From: Candidatus Sulfomarinibacteraceae bacterium
Lineage (GTDB): Bacteria; Acidobacteriota; Thermoanaerobaculia; Thermoanaerobaculales; Sulfomarinibacteraceae
Reading direction: 5' to 3'
DNA length: 64,000 bases
Assembly: GCA_963796455.1 (NCBI GenBank)
Contig: CAWCLO010000004.1
Coordinates: 448,001-512,000, forward strand
The position numbers and the translations under genes are program-made. The notes under the pieces are model-generated. The model did no database searches. It saw nothing but the letters and a program-made list of their open reading frames with translations, and had not been told where the DNA came from. Of the stretch, positions 29,873 to 39,146 are shown piece after piece; the first letter of the stretch is position 1, and every line of letters starts with the position of its first letter.

Positions 29873-30328
29873 TTATTTGTATTCTTCTTCGGCGGCCTTG
29901 TTTCTCTCGAGAATATTCCTGAGGACATTCAGCGAACTATCACGGGGGGTCTTCTGATCGGGCTGGGGCGATGCCGGGGCGAATACACCGGGGTCGATGA
30001 TCTCGATAACGAACGGGTGATTACCCGACAGGGGGCTCGGATGGAGTGTGCATGCGTCGGCCGGGCTCGGCGGACACTTCACGCAATAGTTCTGCGACTT
30101 CGAGCAGCACGCATAGGCACCGTCAGGCGTACTGGCCTCGGTGGCATCTTCGGACAAAATACAGTCCTGCAGAAAGTCTGAGGCCTCGGGGTTGCTGAGA
30201 ATTCTTTCTTGTGGAATCGGTTCGTCAGCCCACCCATCGATAGCTGTCAGCGTGAACGCCAAGACGATGGCACACACGAGTATTGTTCCGAGACGGACGA
30301 TCTCTTTCCGCGGCGCTGCCGTATTCAT
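29873..30328 (-). CDS. Secreted hypothetical protein (Cys-containing)
   Basis: GGAGG SD; signal-like helix; CC...YCVKC. Confidence 0.55.
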   Translation of the reverse strand: MNTAAPRKEIVRLGTILVCAIVLAFTLTAIDGWADEPIPQERILSNPEASDFLQDCILSEDATEASTPDGAYACCSKSQNYCVKCPPSPADACTLHPSPLSGNHPFVIEIIDPGVFAPASPQPDQKTPRDSSLNVLRNILERNKAAEEEYK

Positions 30329-30472
30329 TAGAAGCCTCCTTGCAAGGGTTCGGTTGATTGAAGTCCTCAAGAAGTCTTTGAGGATCAGAGATTTCGTTTT
30401 TTATTGGTACCTGAGGCTAACACGGTTTCCAAGCTTGGAAATCGTTCCAGCAGTGTGGAAGCTGTGGCGTGG

Positions 30473-30679
30473 CTACAAATCGATGAAGAATGGCGCCGCC
30501 AGGAGGGCAACACCGATGAGAACCAGCAGAACAACTCCCTCGACCAGATAGGGGTAGACGCACAGACCCACCCCGGCCGCCAGGAAGGCGATCTTCTCCT
30601 GTCGTTTTCCATAGATGAAATAGGACATCCCGAGGACGCCGAACAATATCGCGGCAAAAAGGGCTGATCCGGATGGCAT
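30473..30679 (-). CDS. Small membrane protein
   Basis: LF..ILFG..G..YF.YGKRQ......G..L..YPY pattern. Confidence 0.75.
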   Translation of the reverse strand: MPSGSALFAAILFGVLGMSYFIYGKRQEKIAFLAAGVGLCVYPYLVEGVVLLVLIGVALLAAPFFIDL

Positions 30680-30917
30680 ACCTCATTTTCTCACGAAGAG
30701 GTGGTGCGTAACGGTTGGCGGCGCCCCAAATACGTGGATCCTGCTGGAATAAGTCACAAACGGCCCGCTGTTGCAACCAATGGTATTTCATTCTCAACAG
30801 TTCGAATGGTCCGTACAGTCAGTGTGGCCGAGGCGCCGGTGTCCTTCGCTCACTGCAACGGTGCGGGCATTCAGTCCGGACGGTTCAGCCGTTCAGACAA
30901 CCCCGGGGGAGGGGCAA

Positions 30918-31328
30918 ATGAAGAGGATTTGTTTTGCGCTGTCGTTTTTTCTCTGCGTGAGTTCCATGCTGATGGCGCTCGAGGGGGACCCCGTCACGAG
31001 CATCGAGGTTCAGGTTGGCAAGAAGCCGCCCGGAGAAGGGGTTGTCGTTGCCCGTGGCGACACGGATGCCGAGGGAAGCATCAGCTTCAGCAAGTTGAAG
31101 GCTGGGACGTACTTCGTGAGGTTTTGGCATTCCGGTCTGATCCATGAAATCTCCAAGAACGGCAGCGGTGAAAAGCTCCGGATTTCGAAAGACGCAGTTC
31201 GTAGAGCCAAGAATGGGGATTCCCCCTCGTCGGATGGCATCGAGAAATTCACCGTGAATTTCGGCGAGGTTGCCGCGATCATCGAGATGGCGGGGAATTC
31301 GATCACGGTAACGATCATCGAACCGTAG
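30918..31328 (+). CDS. Secreted protein with a prealbumin/Cna-B-like fold
   Basis: Signal peptide; TDAEG...F..L.AGTY. Confidence 0.65.
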   Translation: MKRICFALSFFLCVSSMLMALEGDPVTSIEVQVGKKPPGEGVVVARGDTDAEGSISFSKLKAGTYFVRFWHSGLIHEISKNGSGEKLRISKDAVRRAKNGDSPSSDGIEKFTVNFGEVAAIIEMAGNSITVTIIEP

Positions 31329-31361
31329 AGCGCCTCGAAACAGCAACTCAGCTCTCGGCGA

Positions 31362-31529
31362 ATGATCTGGATTGTCGGCCAGGCGCCGGGCTCCAAAGTC
31401 CATGCCAGCGGGGTGCCGTGGGACGACGAGTCCGGCGACCGCCTTCGTGAATGGCTCGGCGTCAGCCGCGGCAAGTTTTACGATCCAGGACTCTTTGCCG
31501 TCTTGCCGATGGGGTCCTGCCTGAGCTGA
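31362..31529 (+). pseudogene. Uracil-DNA glycosylase family remnant
   Basis: IVGQAPGSKVHASGVPWDDESGDRLREWLG...FYD..FAVLPMG, then an early stop; both ends of the protein are missing. Confidence 0.75.
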
Positions 31530-31669
31530 GACGGCGAGTACACGAAGCTGCAATAAATCAGTCGCTGCACCGCAACAGGCAGTGTGTCTTTCTTTGTGGC
31601 CGCCGCGAGGTATTTGCTGTGCAACAATGCGCGGAGAAAATTCTGGTTGCTGAATAATGTGGAGGACGG

Positions 31670-32620
31670 GTGAACAAACGAAATTTCATCATCTGCGGCT
31701 TTCTTTCGACAATGCTCGTGATAACCGGTTGCGGTTCGAAAGGCCTGCAACCGGGCGAGGGATTCGTTGAAGTGACCGGTGGTAAGGTCTGGTACCGGAT
31801 CGTCGGTTCGGGAACCGGGACCCCTCTTCTGACGCTTCACGGCGGACCCGGCGCTCCGAGCGATTACCTGAATCCGCTCGCAGCCTTGGCCGACGAACGA
31901 CCGGTCATCTTTTACGACCAGCTGGGCAGCGGCCGGTCAGACGCTCCGGACGATCTCGCCCTTTGGACCACTGAGCGGTTTGTGGAAGAACTCGGTCAGT
32001 TCCGAGCCGCCCTTGGGCTCGACGAGGTACATCTGTACGGCCATTCCTGGGGGACCATGCTGGCGGTGGACTCGTACCTCACCGGTGCTGACGGTATCCG
32101 AAGCCTGATCCTCGCAAGCCCGGCCTTGAGCATCCAGAAGTGGGTCGAAGACGCCGACCGTCTGCGAGCCGATCTCCCTGAAGAGGTCCAACAGACTCTG
32201 GCGGAACACGAAGAAGCCGGCACCACGGATTCTGAGGAGTATCTGGAAGCGACGATGGTTTTCTACCAGCGTCATCTCTGCCGACGGGAGGAAGCCTGGT
32301 CGGTGCTCGGTCCGATTTTCGAGCAACTGAATATGCAGGTATACGGGACGATGTGGGGGCCGAGTGAATTTTTTGCCACCGGGGCCCTGTCAACCTACGA
32401 CCGAAGCGGTCGGCTCGGTGAGATCTCGGTACCGACCCTTTTCACGGCTGGACGCTTCGACGAAGCCACGCCTGAAACGACGGGCTGGTATCAGAACCTG
32501 GTCCCTGATGCCGAGTTGGTCATCTTCGAGGACAGCGCCCACATGACCATGCTCGAAGAGCCGGAACGGTACGTCGAGGTCATCAGAGATTTCCTGAAAC
32601 GTGCCGAAGGCGGCCGCTGA
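31670..32620 (+). CDS. Proline iminopeptidase-family hydrolase (S33), lipoprotein
   Basis: LHGGPG, YDQLGSG, GHSWG, GRFDE, SAHM; lipobox ITGC. Confidence 0.9.
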   Translation: MNKRNFIICGFLSTMLVITGCGSKGLQPGEGFVEVTGGKVWYRIVGSGTGTPLLTLHGGPGAPSDYLNPLAALADERPVIFYDQLGSGRSDAPDDLALWTTERFVEELGQFRAALGLDEVHLYGHSWGTMLAVDSYLTGADGIRSLILASPALSIQKWVEDADRLRADLPEEVQQTLAEHEEAGTTDSEEYLEATMVFYQRHLCRREEAWSVLGPIFEQLNMQVYGTMWGPSEFFATGALSTYDRSGRLGEISVPTLFTAGRFDEATPETTGWYQNLVPDAELVIFEDSAHMTMLEEPERYVEVIRDFLKRAEGGR

Positions 32621-32996
32621 AACACCAGCATTTACAGCAATACCAACCAGTTTGGACCAGAAAAACCGTTCATTCGGGCGATTGTGGCTGGCGGCAAGGG
32701 GCCTGGGTGAATCAACCTTCGCCGAGTGAAACCAACTCGCGTCGCTTTCCCGTTCGTCTTTCTGCAACTACTGCCGCGCTGGGCCGTAAATTGAGAAAAT
32801 GGTAGTTCGGATAGCAACTACCTGATCACTCATACAAAGGTCGGCGCCAGAATGGACATCCTCATCGCTTTTCGGGTTCTCCCGCCTCGACGCACTTTGA
32901 TGGAAATTCTCGAAGCGCTTCCTCCACGGTGAATTAGGATTTCGGGACGATGGATCTGCCCCGCCGGACTTCCTTCTTGATCCGCGGTGGCCGCCG

Positions 32997-35233
32997 ATGA
33001 AGGGCCGCCACGGCGTGATTCAGTCAATTCTCGGTCTGAGCCTTTTGGCGGCCACGGTGTTGCACCCGAGAGTTGCAGCGACTGCCGAACCCCACGTTGT
33101 ACCGAAAATCGATGACCAGATTCGAATCGACGGTCTTCTCGACGACCCGGGCTGGAAGGAAGCACTGGTCCTCGAGATCGGTGTTGAGGTTCGTCCTGGA
33201 GAGAACATTCCTGCGCCGGTGCGGACCCAGGTTTCGATCTGCTTCAACGACCGTATGCTTTTTGCGGCATTTCGTGCCTTTGATCCCAACCCGGGCGCGA
33301 TCCGGGCCCGCTACTCGGACCGCGACAGATTGTGGAACGATGATTGGGTAGCTCTGGTCCTCGATACCTTCAATGACGAAAGACGTTCCTTCGAGTTCTA
33401 CGTCAACCCGCTCGGTATCCAGGCCGACTCGATCGAAACCGGCAATGAAGGTGGGGGGCCTCAGTGGGACGCGATCTGGGATTCTGCGGGGCGTATCGAC
33501 GGCGAAGGCTATGTGGTGGAAATTGCGATCCCCTTCAGTTCGCTCCGATTTCAACCCACCGGCGGCGAACAGACATGGGGATTCGATGCGGTCCGCAACT
33601 ATCCGCGCCTGGTGAGCCACGTCATCGGCCTCTTCCCACGCGATCGGAGCAACAACTGCTATCTGTGTCAGGCTGACAAAATCCGAGGGTTTTCCGGCGC
33701 CAGTCCCGGCCGCGCCCTCGAATTCGATCCGACAATTTCAGCCATCCACAGCGAAGAACGGGATCCTTTCCCCGATGGGAGCTTTCACGAGGTGGATTCC
33801 ACGATCGAACCAGGTCTGACGGCCCGCTGGGGTGTGACGCCGAACCTCAATCTGAGCGCCACCATCAACCCTGATTTCTCGCAGATCGAAACCGACGCCG
33901 CCCAGCTCGACATCAATACCCAGTTCAGCCTGTTTTATCCCGAAAAGAGGCCCTTCTTTCTCGAGGGATTCGACTACTTCCAAACCCCGTTGAATGCCAT
34001 CTACACCCGGACGCTGGCCAACCCCATATGGGGAGTCAAGGTGGCAGGGAAGATCGGACCCAGCGCCATCGGATTTTTCTCCGTTCGGGACGAGGTGACC
34101 AATCTGCTGTTTCCGGCGACGGAGGGGTCGTCCTCGACTCAATGGGACGCGCAAAGCACCGGGACCGTTTTCCGCTATCGCCACGACATCGGCGCATCTT
34201 CGACCATCGGAGCATTGATCACCGATCGAGAGGGGGATGGTTACTTCAATCGACTATATGGTGCCGACCTCGATCTTCGTTTCACCCCCAAGGACACCCT
34301 GTTATTGCAGGTGCTCGAATCGAAGACGAAATATCCGCTGCACATCGCCGAGGACCATGATCAGCCGGAGTCGGTGTTCGACGGCCGGGCGATCGACTTT
34401 CTCTATGCCCACCAGACCAGGAGTCACGAGATCTACGCCAAGTATCCGTGGGATCAGCCCGGGTTTTCGGGCAGATCTGGGATTCGTTCCGCAATACCGG
34501 GTTCAAGTTCTACGACACCGGATATCTGCATACATGGCAGCAGAACGACCCAACCCATTGGTACAACCGAATCCGAGTATGGCTGGGCTACGAACGCGAA
34601 GAGGACTGGGACGGCAACATGCTCCGCAGTGCTCCCGGGACCTTCGTCATGTACTTCGGTCCGTTCCAGTCCTTCCTGGTAGGAATCTTTTATTACGGTG
34701 AACAGACCTATCTGGGGAGGGAGTACGACGACCGGACCTACGACGTTCGGCTCACGTTTCAGCCCTCCCGCGACCTCGAGTTCGGTCTCCGCGTCGATGG
34801 CGGAGACGATATCGACTACGCCAACAATCGCCCGGGAAAAAGACTCAGGCTCGTGCCATCGCTGGATCTCTTTGCAGGTCGCCACCTTCGATTCGACTTC
34901 AGCCACATCTACGAACAGCTCGACATCGACGAAGGGCGTCTCTACACCGCGAACCTCAGCGAGCTCAGAACCATCTATCAATTCAACCGGCGGGCTTTCG
35001 TTCGTTTGATTCTCCAGTACACCGACTACGCCTTCGATGAGAATCTCTACGCCGACGGCCGGGACCCGGTCTTCCGACACCTCCTCACGCAGTGGCTCTT
35101 TACTTACAAGGTGAATCCGCGAACCGCCCTTTACCTCGGCTATACCGACAACTATCAGGCCGACAGCCGGATCGATTTGACGCAGCTCAATCGCGCGGCC
35201 TTTTTCAAGATCGGATATGCGTGGGTTCCTTAG
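32997..35233 (+). CDS. DUF5916 / CBM9-like plus outer-membrane barrel protein, with two apparent frameshifts (about 34446 and 34494)
   Basis: IDG.LDD..W, NPDFSQIETD, PEKRPFFLEG; the motif SPGFRADLGFVPQ lies in a second frame and the C-terminus FFKIGYAW in a third. Confidence 0.8.
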
Positions 35234-35353
35234 CCTGACTCTTCCTCGGATGTTGACGAGCCTGCGATCCCCGTCAACCCAGCCTCCGCGAGACCTTCCA
35301 TGAGGTGGTCGGTCAAGGCAGGGGTGTTTCCTTGACGCTCGATCAACTCGGGG

Positions 35354-36799
35354 TCACTCTGCTGCAGCCGCGGATGCCCCGGGGATTTCCAGACGGTCCA
35401 CCGGTGCGGCGCTCTGCAACTCCCGAGCGGTGGTTCCTATGCTTTGACGGTGATATCGGCTCGGGACAACCATCAGCGAGGTCGGGAGCACATCTTCGAA
35501 ACGGCGAACGACTCGCAGCCACTGTTCGGCGCCAAGCCACCGGTGCATTTCGGTCAGCAGATTGCGCCACTCGACCGAATCGGGTTCGACGGCGTGCAAC
35601 AACGAATCGAGCAGGGAGAGGGTGTTTTCGATCGGCATATAGGAGGCAAGCACACCGATCAGATGCGGCCGCTCGAGAATGCACATTTCGTAGGCTCCCT
35701 CAAGCATTTCGAGGTGCTGCGCAAGCTCCAGTTCGGCGAGCACCGGCAGGAAATTGGCCTCCTCGTAGTCGAAGTGGGCGAATTGACCCTTGCGCAACAC
35801 GACGCATGTGGAGGCGAGAACCTTCAAGGAGTCGGCACGGGAACCCGGTGTTTCGCCGAGGGTCAGGTCGAAGAGTTCGAGGAGGGAATTCATCTCGGCC
35901 TCTTCGTGATCGTGTTGTCCGATGGCATCGGCGGTAAAACCGGGGTCGTTTCTGGCGGCGTCGAGAGCTGGAAACAGCAACAGGTTTTCGAGTTTGGCGT
36001 GGAGGGCCACCGCGCGGAACAACAAATAACAAAGATCGTGCGCTTCCTGAAGTTCGGAGTTGTCGCGATCCTCGCCCTCGGTGAGGGTCGAGGTACGGGA
36101 AACGACGTCGTCCCACATGGCGCGGAATCCGGAGTGGTGAAGACGTCCGACCTTCATCGGTTTTCCGTACTTTGCCTTTTTTGCATAGAACTGGCGCAGA
36201 AGGTGTCGTTGAGGAGCGATCTCGCGAAACGAGGGTCGGTTGACGATTCGATCCACCCAGGCATTGAAATCATCGTTTTCGAGAAAGATGGCGGGAACGT
36301 GGTCGCGAATCTCCACCATGAACGGGAGGCGGTACACGAACGGTGCGATATGGCCGTCGGCCTGGGAAAAATTATTGCCCCCGAGGTACGGCCCGCCACT
36401 CGCAGCGCGCACGAACTCGACCTTGTCGAGTGCTCGATCGAGTTTGTCGCGGAATTCCCGTTGGATGGGTGGCTTGCCGGCCAGGATGACCTTGGACATA
36501 CAGCGGAAGAGGGAATCCAGTGCATCCAATATTTCCGGATCACTTCGATAGGCTTCGCCCGCCTCACCTGCCTGGTCGATGAGATAGTCGACGATTTCTC
36601 TCGAATCCTGCAACAGCGGACTGCCGTCGGCTGGGGCGAAAACCGGCCACTCGCCGCCGGTGTTGGCTTCACGAACCGTCTCCGGGATATTCGGGTGATA
36701 CGCGACAGCGATATCCAATCCCATTTCGGTGGCCGCGATTTGTGCACGGTGGTTGAAGGGGCAAAGCGGCCCGTTGCTATAGAGAGTGCCGATGGTCAT
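35354..36799 (-). CDS. Glutathione S-transferase (Cys-type) and hemerythrin-like domain fusion
   Basis: CPFNHR, WPVF, QDSREIVDYL, GPYLGG.FSQAD; then LHHSGFR, HAKLEN..LFP, QHDHEE, HFDYEE. Confidence 0.8.
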   Translation of the reverse strand: MTIGTLYSNGPLCPFNHRAQIAATEMGLDIAVAYHPNIPETVREANTGGEWPVFAPADGSPLLQDSREIVDYLIDQAGEAGEAYRSDPEILDALDSLFRCMSKVILAGKPPIQREFRDKLDRALDKVEFVRAASGGPYLGGNNFSQADGHIAPFVYRLPFMVEIRDHVPAIFLENDDFNAWVDRIVNRPSFREIAPQRHLLRQFYAKKAKYGKPMKVGRLHHSGFRAMWDDVVSRTSTLTEGEDRDNSELQEAHDLCYLLFRAVALHAKLENLLLFPALDAARNDPGFTADAIGQHDHEEAEMNSLLELFDLTLGETPGSRADSLKVLASTCVVLRKGQFAHFDYEEANFLPVLAELELAQHLEMLEGAYEMCILERPHLIGVLASYMPIENTLSLLDSLLHAVEPDSVEWRNLLTEMHRWLGAEQWLRVVRRFEDVLPTSLMVVPSRYHRQSIGTTARELQSAAPVDRLEIPGASAAAAE

Positions 36800-36989
36800 C
36801 TGGTGCCTCCCGGCGGAACGATTTTTTGTGCGGTGTGATGAACAGGACGAGATTAGCATAATGAGTTGCAGTATCAGAATCAAAAAAACGATCCAGGCTT
36901 GCACGAATTGCTTCCGACCTTGTCGATCGCCGCATGCGGTTATGATTCGGGAGTTCAGCCGAAACGCGCGATCAGGAGAAGGAAGTGAC

Positions 36990-37814
36990 ATGCGAAGAAG
37001 GAGCACAATCACATTCGCGGGATTTCTTTCCGCCTTGCTCGCCCTGACCGCGTGTGCCGCGTCGTCGATCCCGGAGCCTCCTGCGCTCTGGATCGAACCG
37101 GTGACCGGGATGGAGTTTCTCTACGTCGTCCCCGCCCGGTTCACGATGGGCAGTGGTGAAGAGGTTCCGGGGCGTCAGATCGACGAGGTCCTCCATGATG
37201 TCAATCTGACCAGAGGTTTCTATCTCGGGCGCTTCGAGGTAACTCAAGAGGAATGGGTCGAAGTGATGGGGAACGACCCGAGTCAATTCTCCGCGTGCGG
37301 ATCTCGCTGCCCGGTCGAGACCGTGAATTTTTTCGACATCCAGCAGTTCATCCAGAGACTCGGTGAGCGCTCGGCGGGTCATCGATTTCGGCTTCCGACC
37401 GAGGCCGAATGGGAGTTCGCCTGCAGAGCAGGCACGACAACGCCATTCTCCACCGGCGAGAATTTGACGAGCGAGCAGGCGAATTTTGACGGGAAATATC
37501 CGTACGACGGCGCGCCGGCGGGTATCTTCCGAGGATCACCGGCGCCGGTCGGCAGTTATCCTCCCAATCCTTGGGGATTCCACGACATGCACGGCAACGT
37601 CTGGGAGTGGTGCCAGGATTGGTACGGGCCGTACCAGGAGGGTGAGGTCATCGATCCCCTCGGACCGGCGAATGGAGAGTTGCGGGTTATCCGAGGTGGA
37701 AGCTGGCTCTTTGACGGCAACAGTGCCCGTTCGGCGCTTCGCTACACCCATGCTCCCGAGGATGATGGATTCAGCCTGGGCTTCCGGCTGGTCAGAGAGG
37801 TCGGGGATCGCTGA
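36990..37814 (+). CDS. FGE-sulfatase (SUMF1/EgtB/PvdO) domain lipoprotein
   Basis: FTMGS, EVTQ, RLPTEAEWE, DMHGNVWEW, RGGSW, GFRL; lipobox LTAC. Confidence 0.92.
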   Translation: MRRRSTITFAGFLSALLALTACAASSIPEPPALWIEPVTGMEFLYVVPARFTMGSGEEVPGRQIDEVLHDVNLTRGFYLGRFEVTQEEWVEVMGNDPSQFSACGSRCPVETVNFFDIQQFIQRLGERSAGHRFRLPTEAEWEFACRAGTTTPFSTGENLTSEQANFDGKYPYDGAPAGIFRGSPAPVGSYPPNPWGFHDMHGNVWEWCQDWYGPYQEGEVIDPLGPANGELRVIRGGSWLFDGNSARSALRYTHAPEDDGFSLGFRLVREVGDR

Positions 37815-37826
37815 GTGCCTGGTCGA

Positions 37827-39146
37827 TCAAAAACGGATCGTGAGCCCCGACAACGCCCGCAGTTCCTCGTAGTCGTCGTGGTCGGTCCTTTCGACGACCA
37901 GGAGCAACGAGAAAGTGCGGCTGATGTTGGCGTTCATCGAGAGCGAGAACCGTTGACTCTCGGGCCGGATCTCGATCGTCCCGCCTTCGCCGTCGCGGTA
38001 CTGGAACACCGAAAGCGATGTCAGATAGTCCAGCGAAAGGTAGACCCTTGGACCGATGGTCTTGCCGAGCGAGACCCAGGTCGAGTCGTACTCCCGGTCG
38101 AGACGGTTGATTCGCGATGTGGAGGCGGAGAAATCGAGTCCGATCGCGCCGATGTTGTTGATCGACAGACCGAGATTGCTACGGTCGGCCCATTCGTCGT
38201 CGGAGTTGTTTCGGTCGCGGCCGTAGCCGACCCAGAATCGAACCCGTCGCCACGGGTTGATATTGACCCGCAAGCGGCCCGATTCAAAGAGCAGGCCCTG
38301 GAGCCGCTCCGGATCCACCGGACGGCCGTCCAGCACATCGTCGGTGATCGAACGGGCGTCGATGGAGCGGCCCCGGTGGTAGGTGCCCTGGAATTCGATC
38401 AGCCGCACCGGAGCGTAACGAATGTTGGTGAAAAAATAGCTGAGTTCGTTTTCCCCGAGACCCGCCGGGCCATCGATGTCGTACTCGAGGGCCTGATAGA
38501 AAAAGAACTTCCTTTTCACGGGGATGAAGTTGTTGAAGATCACTGTCGAGCGTTCGGTGAGTTCCTCGTTCCGGATGAGGACCCACCCGAGCACGTGGCG
38601 GCGGCCGTGCGCGGCATCGACGGCCGCGTAAACGCCGCCCTTGGTGATACCGTCCACAAAACCCAATTCGCGGATCTTTGGTTCAACGCCTGCAAAGAGC
38701 CCGAGCCGGAACTGGCCGAGGGAGGAGGCATGGCGAAAGCGGTATTCACCGGCCACGCCGGCAACGGCGCCGATACCGCCCATATCGCGTAGCCACATCT
38801 GGCCCAGACGAAGATTCCATTGATCGCCGGTGCTTCGATATCCGATCCACGCGTCGTAGACGGAAACCCGTTCATCGCGCCCCTCCTCGCCCGGGTAGGT
38901 GGCGATCCGTGTATCGAGGCCGAATTCGAAGTGTGAGGAAGGCTTCGGATCGGAGTAGAGCGAAAGGGTGGCGATCACTTCGGAAAAATCGTAACTCTCG
39001 CCCGCCACGAGGTCGCGGTCGGACCAGTTGTAAAAGAGGGCGAATCGTCCGTTGGCGGGAATCGCTTGAGCCGACACCGACTGGGCCGGTAACAACGAAA
39101 CCGATACCAGAACCAGAACAAAAAGAACCAGTCTGAACCTAGCCAT
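37827..39146 (-). CDS. Outer-membrane beta-barrel protein (putative porin of a porin-cytochrome complex)
   Basis: Signal peptide; alternating amphipathic strands rich in F/Y/W/G/R; C-terminal Phe (GLTIRF); start overlaps the cytochrome stop. Confidence 0.75.
   Translation of the reverse strand: MARFRLVLFVLVLVSVSLLPAQSVSAQAIPANGRFALFYNWSDRDLVAGESYDFSEVIATLSLYSDPKPSSHFEFGLDTRIATYPGEEGRDERVSVYDAWIGYRSTGDQWNLRLGQMWLRDMGGIGAVAGVAGEYRFRHASSLGQFRLGLFAGVEPKIRELGFVDGITKGGVYAAVDAAHGRRHVLGWVLIRNEELTERSTVIFNNFIPVKRKFFFYQALEYDIDGPAGLGENELSYFFTNIRYAPVRLIEFQGTYHRGRSIDARSITDDVLDGRPVDPERLQGLLFESGRLRVNINPWRRVRFWVGYGRDRNNSDDEWADRSNLGLSINNIGAIGLDFSASTSRINRLDREYDSTWVSLGKTIGPRVYLSLDYLTSLSVFQYRDGEGGTIEIRPESQRFSLSMNANISRTFSLLLVVERTDHDDYEELRALSGLTIRF

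Noticed and set aside
35444..36838. Long antisense or alternate-frame ORFs (also 7211-8266, 37815-38792, 58402-59556, 59851-60900)
   Set aside because: Shadow ORFs of well-supported opposite-strand genes in GC-rich DNA, with no family motifs.
36990..37814. FGE-domain gene as a DGR target or a true formylglycine-generating enzyme
   Set aside because: No reverse transcriptase or template repeat is visible in the window, and the catalytic Cys pair near RGGSW is absent.
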